Assembly: GCA_044359815.1 (NCBI GenBank) | Contig: JBIKLL010000001.1 | Location: forward strand, 81,481-145,480 | DNA length: 64,000 nucleotides | Direction: 5' to 3' | Source of the DNA: Pseudobdellovibrionaceae bacterium | GTDB taxonomy: Bacteria; Bdellovibrionota; Bdellovibrionia; Bdellovibrionales; Bdellovibrionaceae | Shown: positions 47,298 to 57,600 of the stretch, one piece after another | Layout of the letters: every line of letters starts with the position of its first letter | Numbering within the stretch: position 1 is the first letter of the stretch | Translations under genes and position numbers: made by a program | The notes under the pieces: generated by a model | What the model was told of the DNA's origin: nothing | The model's database searches: none | What the model saw: the letters and a program-made list of their open reading frames with translations, nothing else

Positions 47298-49742
47298 TCA
47301 CTGAGAACCTTTAATGGCAAAAAACGAAGGTCTTTCAGGGGCATCACCAGCACCACCGCCTGCAGATTTTGGATAATCGATTCTTTGGTGATAAATCCCT
47401 AATAAGATTCTGGTGAATGCGGCTTCGACCTTGGATAAATCCTTTAGATTCAAATCACACTCATCCAACTGACCTTCCATAAATTTTCTTTGTACAATAT
47501 TGCGAACAATATTTTGTAACCGCACTGGAGTAGGCTCATCCAAGCTACGAGCTGCGGCTTCAATACTGTCAGCCAGCATACACAAAGCAGCTTCTCGGAA
47601 TTGAGGTTTAGGTCCCGGGTATCTGAATTCTTCCTCGGAAACATCGGGATCGTCCTCGGATTTTTGATCCAAAGCTTTGTTGTAAAAAAAGCTAATCAAG
47701 GTAGTGCCATGGTGCTGAATGATTCCATCAATGATGGGCTTACCCAGTTTATGCTGAATCCCTAGTTCGACACCGTCTTTCACATGAGCGATCAACAAGG
47801 TTTTACTCATATAGGGCGATATATGATCATGGGGATTGTGACCCATTTTTTGGTTTTCAATAAAATAATTGGCGTGTTCCATTTTGCCGATATCATGATA
47901 ATAGCTCATGACCTTTCCCAATAACGGATTTGCGCCAATTTCTTCGGCAGCGGCTTCAACCATCGATCCAACCATCATAGAATGATGATAAGTCCCAGGT
48001 GATTTAACGATCATGTTTTTCAATAGTGGATGATTTAAATTGCTAAGCTCTAAAAGCTTCACATCCGTCGTGTAGTTCCAAACACTTTCTAAAACCGGAA
48101 CACAAATCATTGCAACAATTGATGACATAATACCACTGATAAATCCAGCTGGCACACAGGTTAAAAGTTCATTTACAAAATTAGGCTGATCCGATTTAGT
48201 CAGGGTCAACATCATGGCAATCATCAAAGCATTAACTGCCCCTGTTCTGAGACCCGCAATGTAAATATCATTACGTGTTTTACAGTTATAAACTCCTCTG
48301 GCTGCTGTGATTCCACCAGCAAAAGTCACCACCATCACAGCAAAATTCATTTCAGTCATTAGACCCATCACGATGGAAATAAAAGCCGTAAACAACCAAA
48401 CAATTTCACCTGAGGGTATCAATAAACCAACCAGCATGGGTCCCGAAGCGATGGGTGCCGCAAACAGAAACAATGTCGTCGGAATCCAATTGCCAAATTT
48501 AGAAACAAAGGCCGTTTCCGTGGTAAAAATAAAAAATTTATTAATCACCACCACCAGCAAACTGACTAGGCCCATTACGACCAGGTCCTTGTCCTCGACT
48601 TCCAGATGCATGTTCGAAAACCTGACCAGATACTGATAAAAAACGATGATCAAACAAACCAAAGACATCGCCATGGTCATAGCCAACAAATCATGGCGGC
48701 TTTGCGATCTGACTTTTTCAATGTATTTAATCAGCGACAACTGCATGGGCTGAATCACGCTGCCCTCGGCGACTATGGTTTGATTTTTTTTGATCGAAAT
48801 GGATGTGGGAATCACTGTTTCTCGGGCCGAACTGCGCCTGCTTTCGACTTCTTGTTTATTGATAGTGTAGTTTGGGAAAACCAATAATCTTGCCAAAGTT
48901 GTCAGTTTAGTGATTTCTCGAGAGTCTTCGATTTTAATTCTTGGTGGCAGACTGAATGCAAAAGCTTCTGGACCCGAGGATTCAACAAAGTCTTCGCGTG
49001 AAACCTTAAATTCTTTACCCTTACCGTTTTTGTTGACCGTTCTAGCCAATACTAGCTGCAGGGATTTAGGAATGGATTTTTCAATGCCTTCGGTGATTTT
49101 CAGCTGGTACCAGTTTTCCAGATTTCTGATCACTATGTTTTCAATCCTGGCAGAAAATCGATTTTGAGTCAGCCATTCAAAAATATGATCGGGAACCTGC
49201 ACACCCAACAAAATCTCAAAACTACCTTTGTGGACGAAAAATTCTTTGATTTGCTCTTCACGAATCAGCAAATCTTTGGACCAGATATTGGTTCGAGTCA
49301 GATTTCGCATTTCGCGAAAGGCTTTATAAACTTGGCCCGAGATTCTTTCAAAAACATTGGGGTCATAATCCAGGATAAAGGGAACAGCGTCCTCGGCTCT
49401 TTGCCGTTTTTCTTCGGTGGTGACTTCGTCGATCATTTCAAAACTCATCGGTGACACGACGTCAGACTGAGCCACATCTCCGATTTTGTAATCGTAAGGA
49501 ACTGAAATTTCAAAAGTAATAAAATAGGCTAACAAAACACAAAAGCCCACAATCACTAAAAGGCTTCGAATTAAAATCTGTTCATCCAAGAAAATAAACA
49601 GACGTCCAAATATTGTTCGCTCCAGACCAAACCTGGAAACCCAATCAGAAAATTTTAGTCGATGATCTTCATAATTCACACGCGCCAGAAATTCATCTTT
49701 CGAGAATTTAGATTTTTTTGATCCTGGTTTTTTTGAATCCAA
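47298..49742 (-). CDS. 7TM-HD family phosphohydrolase (PgpH-like)
   Basis: Large extracellular domain, multiple TM helices, LLELSNLNHPLL, PGTYHHS, YHDIGK, HHGT, LADSIEAA, YHQRIDYP. Confidence 0.92.
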   Translation of the reverse strand: MDSKKPGSKKSKFSKDEFLARVNYEDHRLKFSDWVSRFGLERTIFGRLFIFLDEQILIRSLLVIVGFCVLLAYFITFEISVPYDYKIGDVAQSDVVSPMSFEMIDEVTTEEKRQRAEDAVPFILDYDPNVFERISGQVYKAFREMRNLTRTNIWSKDLLIREEQIKEFFVHKGSFEILLGVQVPDHIFEWLTQNRFSARIENIVIRNLENWYQLKITEGIEKSIPKSLQLVLARTVNKNGKGKEFKVSREDFVESSGPEAFAFSLPPRIKIEDSREITKLTTLARLLVFPNYTINKQEVESRRSSARETVIPTSISIKKNQTIVAEGSVIQPMQLSLIKYIEKVRSQSRHDLLAMTMAMSLVCLIIVFYQYLVRFSNMHLEVEDKDLVVMGLVSLLVVVINKFFIFTTETAFVSKFGNWIPTTLFLFAAPIASGPMLVGLLIPSGEIVWLFTAFISIVMGLMTEMNFAVMVVTFAGGITAARGVYNCKTRNDIYIAGLRTGAVNALMIAMMLTLTKSDQPNFVNELLTCVPAGFISGIMSSIVAMICVPVLESVWNYTTDVKLLELSNLNHPLLKNMIVKSPGTYHHSMMVGSMVEAAAEEIGANPLLGKVMSYYHDIGKMEHANYFIENQKMGHNPHDHISPYMSKTLLIAHVKDGVELGIQHKLGKPIIDGIIQHHGTTLISFFYNKALDQKSEDDPDVSEEEFRYPGPKPQFREAALCMLADSIEAAARSLDEPTPVRLQNIVRNIVQRKFMEGQLDECDLNLKDLSKVEAAFTRILLGIYHQRIDYPKSAGGGAGDAPERPSFFAIKGSQ

Positions 49743-49944
49743 ATTTCACGCCTTTTATAATGGAAGACCTAACTTATAGTTCTATTCTATCTTTTCGGAA
49801 TATCTATTAAAATCCCGATTCGACCATGGTACGAAACGCCAAGTCTTATGTAACGCTAGTGCGAATAATTTTTCAGGCAACACACACTGGGCCAGAACAA
49901 TTTTGCTTTGCCTAGCCTGGATCCAGTTGTCTAAGGTGGGGCCC

Positions 49945-50748
49945 ATGAAAACTAAGGCTATCCAAGAATTTGAAAAACTGATTGAAATCATCGATCAACT
50001 GCGTGGCCCAGATGGCTGCCCCTGGGACAAAGAACAGGACCAAAAATCACTGGTGCAGTATGCTATCGAAGAATCCTTTGAATTGGCTGAAGCCATCGAG
50101 ACCCAAGATCAAGTGGCCGTCAAAGACGAACTCGGTGATTTTTTGTTTCAGGTTGTGCTGCAGGCCAAAGTGGCCCAAGACAACAGTCTGTTTGATTTGT
50201 CAGAGGTCATTCAAAATCTAAATGAAAAAATGATCCGCAGACATCCCCATGTGTTTAACAAAGAAGGCACTAAATCAATCTCTGAAATCTGGGACAAATG
50301 GGAAAAAATCAAAACTGCTGAAAAATCACAGAATCCCAATGCTTCAAAAAAGATTTTTAATTATCCCAAAAGCCTACCCGCCTTGCAGGCCGCCAATAAA
50401 ATAGGGGTGAAAACTGAACGCTACAGATTTGATTGGCCCAACGTTGAAAGGGTTTTTGAAAAACTGGATGAGGAAATTACTGAGCTAAAAGAAGCTTTGC
50501 CTTCCAAAGATCTGCACCACATTGAACACGAAATCGGTGATGTGCTGTTTGTGGTTTGCCAGATCGCCCGCCATCTGAAGATTGACCCTGAACAAGCTCT
50601 CAGAGGCTGCAATCGCCGTTTTGAACGCCGATTCAGCAAAACACTGCAGCTCAGTCAGATGCAGTTGGAAGATTTTGTGAAACTGCCAGAGGAAAAAAAG
50701 GAAGCATTTTACATTGAGGCAAAAAAGATTTTAAAAGATTCTGAGTGA
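49945..50748 (+). CDS. mazG: Nucleoside triphosphate pyrophosphohydrolase MazG
   Basis: LRGPDGCPWDKEQ, DELGD, KMIRRHPHVF, FDW, EIGDVLF; start taken at ATG 49945. Confidence 0.96.
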   Translation: MKTKAIQEFEKLIEIIDQLRGPDGCPWDKEQDQKSLVQYAIEESFELAEAIETQDQVAVKDELGDFLFQVVLQAKVAQDNSLFDLSEVIQNLNEKMIRRHPHVFNKEGTKSISEIWDKWEKIKTAEKSQNPNASKKIFNYPKSLPALQAANKIGVKTERYRFDWPNVERVFEKLDEEITELKEALPSKDLHHIEHEIGDVLFVVCQIARHLKIDPEQALRGCNRRFERRFSKTLQLSQMQLEDFVKLPEEKKEAFYIEAKKILKDSE

Positions 50749-50985
50749 GACACTTTCTCAAAATAAGACGTTCTATTTTCGAACAATGTATCAATGGGGA
50801 TTAAAACCCGACTTTAAAGTTTTATGTCGATTTTTTATAAATTTATTTTTGCCAATCTGTAGAGCTTTTTGTCAGTAGAAAATACTTTAGTCCATACAAA
50901 AAAGTTTAGACAATTTCAAACCTCAATGATCCCAAATACTTAACAAATCTCAATATGACCCTTCGTCCATAAACCAGAGTCCTAT

Positions 50986-51012
50986 TAAGGATTTACAGTC
51001 AATTTCCGAAAG
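50986..51012 (+). promoter_or_regulatory. Candidate sigma-28 (FliA) promoter for the gliding operon
   Basis: TAAG-N15-TCCGAAAG versus consensus TAAA-N15-GCCGATAA, about 75 bp before the first start codon. Confidence 0.4.
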
Positions 51013-51086
51013 GTACTCGTATGGTCTTAGAATACTAGATAAGGCACGTTCAATGTTGGAAGTGTTTTTTCTAGGAGGAAGGTAGT

Positions 51087-52184
51087 ATGAGACGCATCAA
51101 AATTTTGAGTGCGATCACAATGTTAACCGGTATCGTTGCAGTGATGAATGCCTGCGATAAAACCGACCGTTCGTTTTCACTGTTGAGTGAATCCAATTCA
51201 TTCAAACAAAGTGCAAACTACACTCCTAGGAAAATCGATATCCTGTGGATCATCGATAATTCAGGATCCATGGATACTTCGCAAAATAATCTGGCGACAA
51301 ATTTTCAATCTTTTATTCAAAGATTTGAAACATTAAACTACGACTTCAGAATGGCTGTGCAAAAAACTGATGGCTTCCAAGAAGCCTTCAGCATTGGAAG
51401 CGGAACTAAACGTCTGCATGCCAGTAATTTAAATAGTCCTCAAATCACAGTTATGGATCCCAATACCGCTAATCTGGCAACGGTGTTTACTAATAATGCC
51501 AAAGTGGGAACGACCGGAACCGGTGATGAACGAGCGTTCCAATCAATTATGGACACTTTGAATTACACAGGAAATGCAGACTTCAGACGACCTGAAGCCT
51601 TCTTAGCTGTGATTATCGTCAGTGACGAAGAAGATTTTTCTCGGACTCAAAATGGGCTTACGGATCCTTCGTGTTACTTTGTTTACCCCCTTGCTCCCTG
51701 CAATGCTGAATCTTGGAATCCTTTGATTAATCTGCCAGGTTTGCACACTGTTGATTCCTACAAAGCACAACTGGATCAGTTTGCGGGTGTGGGCAATTAC
51801 AGTGTTAATGCCATCACTATTATGGACAGCACTTGCCGTGATCAATTGAACACCACTTTCACTGGTCGCAGAATCGGTACCCGATATATGGATCTGGTTA
51901 ACAAAACCAGTGGTATCAGCACAAGCCTCTGCGGAAATTTTGCTGATTCATTGCAATTAATTTCAGATCAAATCATCACGACAACAGCGACATTTACCTT
52001 GGACCGAGAACCTGTTGTTGAATCCATCGCTATATATGTAGATGGAGTTCTGATACCTAACGATGCAATTAATGGATGGACCTATGACTCTACCACTTGG
52101 ACGATATCGTTTCATGGATCAGCGATACCCAAAGTAGGGGCTAATGTACAAATATTTTATGATCCGAAAACTGCCAAGAATTAG
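51087..52184 (+). CDS. VWA-domain lipoprotein, CglB-like gliding adhesin
   Basis: Lipoprotein signal with Cys23, MIDAS motif DILWIIDNSGSM, FRRPEAFLAVIIVSDEED, C-terminal beta domain; heads the agl-glt cluster. Confidence 0.75.
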   Translation: MRRIKILSAITMLTGIVAVMNACDKTDRSFSLLSESNSFKQSANYTPRKIDILWIIDNSGSMDTSQNNLATNFQSFIQRFETLNYDFRMAVQKTDGFQEAFSIGSGTKRLHASNLNSPQITVMDPNTANLATVFTNNAKVGTTGTGDERAFQSIMDTLNYTGNADFRRPEAFLAVIIVSDEEDFSRTQNGLTDPSCYFVYPLAPCNAESWNPLINLPGLHTVDSYKAQLDQFAGVGNYSVNAITIMDSTCRDQLNTTFTGRRIGTRYMDLVNKTSGISTSLCGNFADSLQLISDQIITTTATFTLDREPVVESIAIYVDGVLIPNDAINGWTYDSTTWTISFHGSAIPKVGANVQIFYDPKTAKN

Positions 52185-52194
52185 GAGGGCCTAA

Positions 52195-52791
52195 ATGTTA
52201 GCTCTTGAATTTCCGACATCAAATGATTGGTACATACAGAAGGAGCAAACGCAGTACGGTCCTTATAGTTACGTTGAAGTTTTAAAGTTCATGCAACAAA
52301 AAGTAGTCTTTGATTTTGATTATGCGTGGTCTCCTCATTTGGAATCCTGGACGCCATTTGGCGAACTGCCAGAATTTTCTGCCGAGCGTATTTTACGACT
52401 GGTCGAAAAAAACAGCAGCTCAGGAGTGTTTCATAAACGAGAACACGACAGATTTTTCTGCGACACCAAGGTTGTGATTCACAATCAAAAACAAACATGG
52501 AATGGCACTATTAAAAGCATAGGCTTAGGCGGAGCCCTGATTAAAATTGAAAATCCTTTACTCAATATAGGCGAAAAAATATTTATACACTTTGATTCCA
52601 CTGATGAACAACAGGCACCCTTTAATTGTGCCGCTGAAGTGCTCAATAAAAAACACACCAGGGCTCGTATCCGCCATAATTCAGGCATTTTGTACGCAAT
52701 TAAATTCGTACAGATGACTGATGAAGGCAAAAAAGAGCTGAGAAAACGATTTAAAGAAGCAAAAAATAATGATTTCAACAAAGGAGTCTAA
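52195..52791 (+). CDS. GYF_2 (DUF4339) plus PilZ domain protein
   Basis: WYI....QYGPY...W.P.LESW.PF.ELPEF followed by REHDR (RxxxR) and SIGLGGALI...YAIKF. Confidence 0.8.
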   Translation: MLALEFPTSNDWYIQKEQTQYGPYSYVEVLKFMQQKVVFDFDYAWSPHLESWTPFGELPEFSAERILRLVEKNSSSGVFHKREHDRFFCDTKVVIHNQKQTWNGTIKSIGLGGALIKIENPLLNIGEKIFIHFDSTDEQQAPFNCAAEVLNKKHTRARIRHNSGILYAIKFVQMTDEGKKELRKRFKEAKNNDFNKGV

Positions 52792-52793
52792 CC

Positions 52794-53507
52794 ATGACCG
52801 CAGTATTTCAATTTATCAGTGATTCCGGCTTTGTCGGCTGGTGCATATTGTTCGTAGGAGTCGCAGGGATGGCCCTGGTGATCGAGCGATCTTATGCCCT
52901 ATATATAAAGTTCGGATTGGATTCTGAAGCCTTGATGACCAAAGTGCAAACTTTGATCCTGAGCCGAAGAGCCGATGAAGCCCTGGTTTCAGTCAGTCAA
53001 TTAACTGACAAACCATTGGCTAGAGCATTTAAAACGATCCTTGAAAAAGCAGATCGTGATGACGATGCGATTTTTCAAGCTCACGACATTGCTATGGCTG
53101 AAAATATCCCTGTTTACACAAAACGACTGCATTACCTTTCAATGCTTGCGAACGTAGCAACACTGTTGGGTCTGTTGGGTACAATCCATGGTCTGATCAT
53201 ATCGTTCCAAGCGGTTGCTCAAGCCGATCCATCAACAAAGCAAGCCATGTTGGCAAACGGTATCGCGGTGTCGATGTACACTACGGCATTAGGACTGGCT
53301 GTTGCCATTCCTGCGATGATGGCGTTTTCGTTTTTGATTTCGCGCCAAAATACGCTGGTTGAGCAATTGACTGAAAAATGCGGAAAGCTCACTGAGATTT
53401 TAACAGGATCACACATGTCTTCGTTCACACGAACACAAGTGTTTCCTGATAATATTAAAAAAGACGGGCTTCCTAAACCTCCACCTTCAGGCACGAAAGT
53501 TTCTTAA
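52794..53507 (+). CDS. MotA/TolQ/ExbB family proton-channel subunit (AglR-like)
   Basis: ATLLGLLGTIHGLI and TTALGLAVAIPA; three TM helices. Confidence 0.92.
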   Translation: MTAVFQFISDSGFVGWCILFVGVAGMALVIERSYALYIKFGLDSEALMTKVQTLILSRRADEALVSVSQLTDKPLARAFKTILEKADRDDDAIFQAHDIAMAENIPVYTKRLHYLSMLANVATLLGLLGTIHGLIISFQAVAQADPSTKQAMLANGIAVSMYTTALGLAVAIPAMMAFSFLISRQNTLVEQLTEKCGKLTEILTGSHMSSFTRTQVFPDNIKKDGLPKPPPSGTKVS

Positions 53508-53540
53508 TAAACTTTTGATTGGATTTTTACAGGAGGATTT

Positions 53541-54086
53541 ATGGGCAAAAAATCGTTTCGGCATTCGCATAACACTGCTAGTGAATTTGAACTGGATTTG
53601 GCTCCGCTGTTAGCGGTCATGGTAAAGCTAGTTCCCGTTCTGTTGCTGTCCAGTGCCTTTGTGCAGGTCATGATGATTGAATCTGATTTGCCTCAAGCCG
53701 TTAAACAGCAAATAGAAAATGCCCCTAAGGATCCCGAAACCGCAGTTCAGATGTTGATTTCAAATTCTGATGGCATCACAGTGACGGTTCAAAGCAAAAA
53801 AGGCAATTCAACCATTAAGGTTCCACTTAAAGGAAATACTTTTGATTACCAAAAACTGCATTTGGAATTACAACAGGTAAAAAGAGCACATCCTGAAGTT
53901 TTCCGAATCGAACTGCAACCTGATGGCAATGTGGCTTACAGGGATTTAGTCAAAATGATGGATGAAGCCCGCAAAAGTCGCAATCGAGATATTAAATTTC
54001 CGATTTTTGACAAAAATGAAAACAAAGAAATCATGACGGATTATATGTTTCCGGACGTGGTTTTTTCAAACGTAATGGACGGATAA
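53541..54086 (+). CDS. ExbD/TolR family protein (AglQ-like), lacking the TM aspartate
   Basis: LDLAPLLAVMVKLVPVLL TM segment; IELQPDGNVAYRDLVKMMDEAR periplasmic motif. Confidence 0.85.
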   Translation: MGKKSFRHSHNTASEFELDLAPLLAVMVKLVPVLLLSSAFVQVMMIESDLPQAVKQQIENAPKDPETAVQMLISNSDGITVTVQSKKGNSTIKVPLKGNTFDYQKLHLELQQVKRAHPEVFRIELQPDGNVAYRDLVKMMDEARKSRNRDIKFPIFDKNENKEIMTDYMFPDVVFSNVMDG

Positions 54087-54087
54087 T

Positions 54088-54627
54088 ATGGCAAGACGTA
54101 GACGCTTTCAACCCAGTCACAGCAAAAATGCCCTATTCACTCTGAATATCACTTCGATGACAGACATGTTTACCATTTTGCTGGTATTCCTACTGCAAAC
54201 TTATTCTACGGCAGAAATCCAAGTCGTACCCGACCTGGGTCAAAATCTGCCGGTTTCAAATGCTGAGGCCAACCCAATCATGGCACTGCAGGTCTCACTG
54301 ACTAATGAAGATTTTAAAATCGAACGGGACATACTGCTGACAATGATGAACAAAAATTTTAAACCCGAAGACATTGATAAAAACGACAGCAATTTTGTGC
54401 CAAAACTATTTGAAGCACTACAAAAAATCTCTAACGAGGAAAAAGCAAAAGAACAAGCCTTCAACGACGGCACTTCAACTCAAAGACCCAATCCAGGAAT
54501 ACTGGATGGCAGGATCTTGCTAAAGGCCGAAGCCACTATGCCCTATCAGGTCGTTCGCAAGGTAATGTACACAGCGTCTATGGCAGGATTTCCTAAACTT
54601 AAAATGGCAACAGTGGTGGGCGAATAA
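54088..54627 (+). CDS. ExbD/TolR family protein (AglS-like)
   Basis: LNITSMTDMFTILLVFLL; MPYQVVRKVMYTASMAGF. Confidence 0.88.
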   Translation: MARRRRFQPSHSKNALFTLNITSMTDMFTILLVFLLQTYSTAEIQVVPDLGQNLPVSNAEANPIMALQVSLTNEDFKIERDILLTMMNKNFKPEDIDKNDSNFVPKLFEALQKISNEEKAKEQAFNDGTSTQRPNPGILDGRILLKAEATMPYQVVRKVMYTASMAGFPKLKMATVVGE

Positions 54628-54628
54628 A

Positions 54629-57600
54629 ATGTTAAAACAGATTGCATTTATCATTCTGACAATGACCATGGCGACACAGGCCCTGGCAAAGGCTAAAAAG
54701 ACCGATAAGGGTCTTTTGCCTGAAATCCGTACGGATTCTAAGGATGATAAGATCAATCAAAAGCGCGAAGTTCAAAGTGAAGTTTTAATCACAAAAACCG
54801 AAAACGAAGCCATCAATGCTTTAATCAGTATCCTAAAAAAGAAAAAAGGCTCTCCGCAGGAACCGGAACTATGGCTCAGATTAGGAGAACTGTACCAGCG
54901 CAGAGCTAAATCAGGCAGATTCTTTGATTTATTTCGTGACCAAAACCAAATCGTGAAATTCGCACCTCCAGCAGTTGCTGGAGAATCTGCAAAAAAGAAT
55001 TTGCTGCGAGCCATTTCAGTCTATGACAAAGTCGAAAAGGACTTTCCAAAATTCAATCAACTGGACATTGTGTTTTATAACAATGCTTTTTCAAGACAGC
55101 AAATCGGCGACAAAAAAAACGCAGGCGTATTGTATCAAAAACTAACGGCCCAATACCCAAAATCTCCATTGGTCCCAGACGCCCTGTTGGCATTAGGTGA
55201 AATTCATTTTGAAAACCAAGATTTCAATAAAGCACTCCAAGCCTTTTTACAGATCGAAGAATACAAAAAATCAAGAGTCTATGCCTATGGGATGTATAAA
55301 TCTGCATGGGCTTATTACAATCTCAGACAAAACGATGCGGCCATCAGTAAACTGAAACAAGTCATTATATTTTTCAGAACTGAAGGAAGCAAAGACATTG
55401 CCAGACAAAACGTCAGACAAGAAGCCTTGAGGGATTTGGCTATATTTTTTGGAGAATCTCATACAGCTGCACAAGCCTATGAATTTTTTTCGGGCTTTGC
55501 TGAATTTGATGAAATCGGTTATTGCATGCTGAATCTAGCAAAGCTTTACATGTCACACTCACGACAAAAAGAAGTTAAGGTATTCCTTGAGCAGTTCCTG
55601 CAAAAGCAGCCTAACAGCAAAGAAGCTCTGGAAATGCATTTGCTGCTAGTCAATACCTACGAAGATCTGAAAGAACGAGAACAAGTGCTTGTGCATCTGA
55701 AAGCTTCATTAGCACTGTGCCGACCCGAAAATAAATGGTATGTCGCCAACGGCGAAGCGGCTAAATCAATGTGTGAAAACGAATTGATTTCCCGCAGATC
55801 AGACATTGCAAAACGTTGGTGGGAACTGTGGCTCAAGAAAAAAGACAACAAAGAGTTGGCACGTTGGACAGAGCAGATTTTTGAAATGATTCTTGAACGC
55901 GACAGCAAAGAAGACGCTGATTTGAAATCCAGATTCGCCTATGCAGAACTGCTGTTTCAACAAAATAAATTTAAGTTTGCATCTAAACAATATGAATTTG
56001 TTGGTGACAACATCAAAGACGCGACGATCATCCATGATGCCGATTATGCATCCCTTGTCAGTTATCAAAAAGCCATAGAAGAAGTAAAAGACGCAAAAGA
56101 CAGCAAGAAAAACCCAGCTGATTTAGCAAAGTTGGAAGATCTGTCAAAGCGTTATTTAAAAAAGCACCCCACTGGCCCTTACGCAGCTGAAGTTCAACTG
56201 AAATTAGCTGTGCTTAAATATGAAAACAATGACCTGAATGAAGCTGAAAAACATCTAAAAGATCTGATGACTAAAAAAGCAAACAAAGAAACAAAACGAA
56301 AAGCCGAAGATCTGTATCTGGATATTCTGAACGCTCGTAAAGATTTTAAATCCATCCAAGAATTCACCAAGAACGTTACAACCAAAGAAGACGATGGTGG
56401 CCGTAAGGTTGAATTGTCAAAACTATTTGACGAAGCTTCCTTTGCAGAAATTCAAGAGCTGAATAAATCAGGAAAAAAAGATTTAGCAGCTGATAAGCTC
56501 TATGAATTTTATCAAAAAAACCAAAAATCCAATTTGGCCAAGGAAGCTCTGTGGCAGTCACTCAGTATTAACTATTCACTGAATCGTGATTTATTGGGCG
56601 CTAATCAATCAGTCGAATTCTATGACAAATACCGTGATGACAAAAAAGCACTTTCATCGCTTAAGGATGCCGCCAAGGTTTATTATGACCTGGGTTTTAC
56701 AGACAGAGCTGCCGTGACATTGGAACGCATCGCCAACGTCAGCGATGCTGATCGCAAAACCTCATTAGTAGCAGCAGCCGAGCTTTACACCATCGACAAA
56801 AACTATGCTAAAGCACATGGGCTTTACAAAACACTGATGCCCATGATGACTAAGGCTGAGCTCCCCGCATTGTATGAAGGCCTTTTGGATTCCACAAAAA
56901 ATGATCCCAAAGAACGTCAGAAATATGAACAGCAAATTGTTTCTAATAGAATTGAACCACTGGCCTCAAAAATCAGGATTCAAGAATTGCGAGATCAAGT
57001 GGCTGCAAAAAAATTCAGCCAAGCCTTTAACACTTCAAAAAGCATGGTGGGTGATTCAAGCCTACCTAATGATGTCAGAGCTGAAGCCAGACTGATCCAG
57101 GCTCAGATTTTGGACATTGAGTTTACCAATCAGCCTACCAAAACTTCAATTGAACGATTGTCTGCAGTTTTGGGAATCAAAACTGAAAAACTGGATAAAG
57201 CCCAAACAGCTTATATTTCTGTGGGTCAGATCGCTGAATCCGCAGATCTGAAAATCAAGGCATTGCAAGGCCTTGATCACATTTATAACGAATATATAAA
57301 ATCAATTAAAAATCTGAATCTGAAAACGCAGCTATCAGCTGATGACAAAAAAGCTTTGGATGAAGAGCTGGCCAAACTGGTCGCTCCCATTGATGAAAAG
57401 AAAAAAGAAAACAATGAAAAACTAAGGACTGCCCTGAAAGTCCGTGCAGCGGCTTCAAAAAGCTTTGCAGATTTGAGTCCTGATGACACCGTCCGACCTG
57501 GATTGGATTACATCAGCATGCCGGTACTGTCTGCAGTTTGGCTTTACAATGACAAACAGACCATCAAGCCTTTTACCAGCACAACGGGCTGCCCGAATGA

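Noticed and set aside
51042..51056. AGGCACG-N4-ATGT as a sigma-54 promoter
   Set aside because: The conserved GC at -12 is GT and the leading T is missing; too weak to call.
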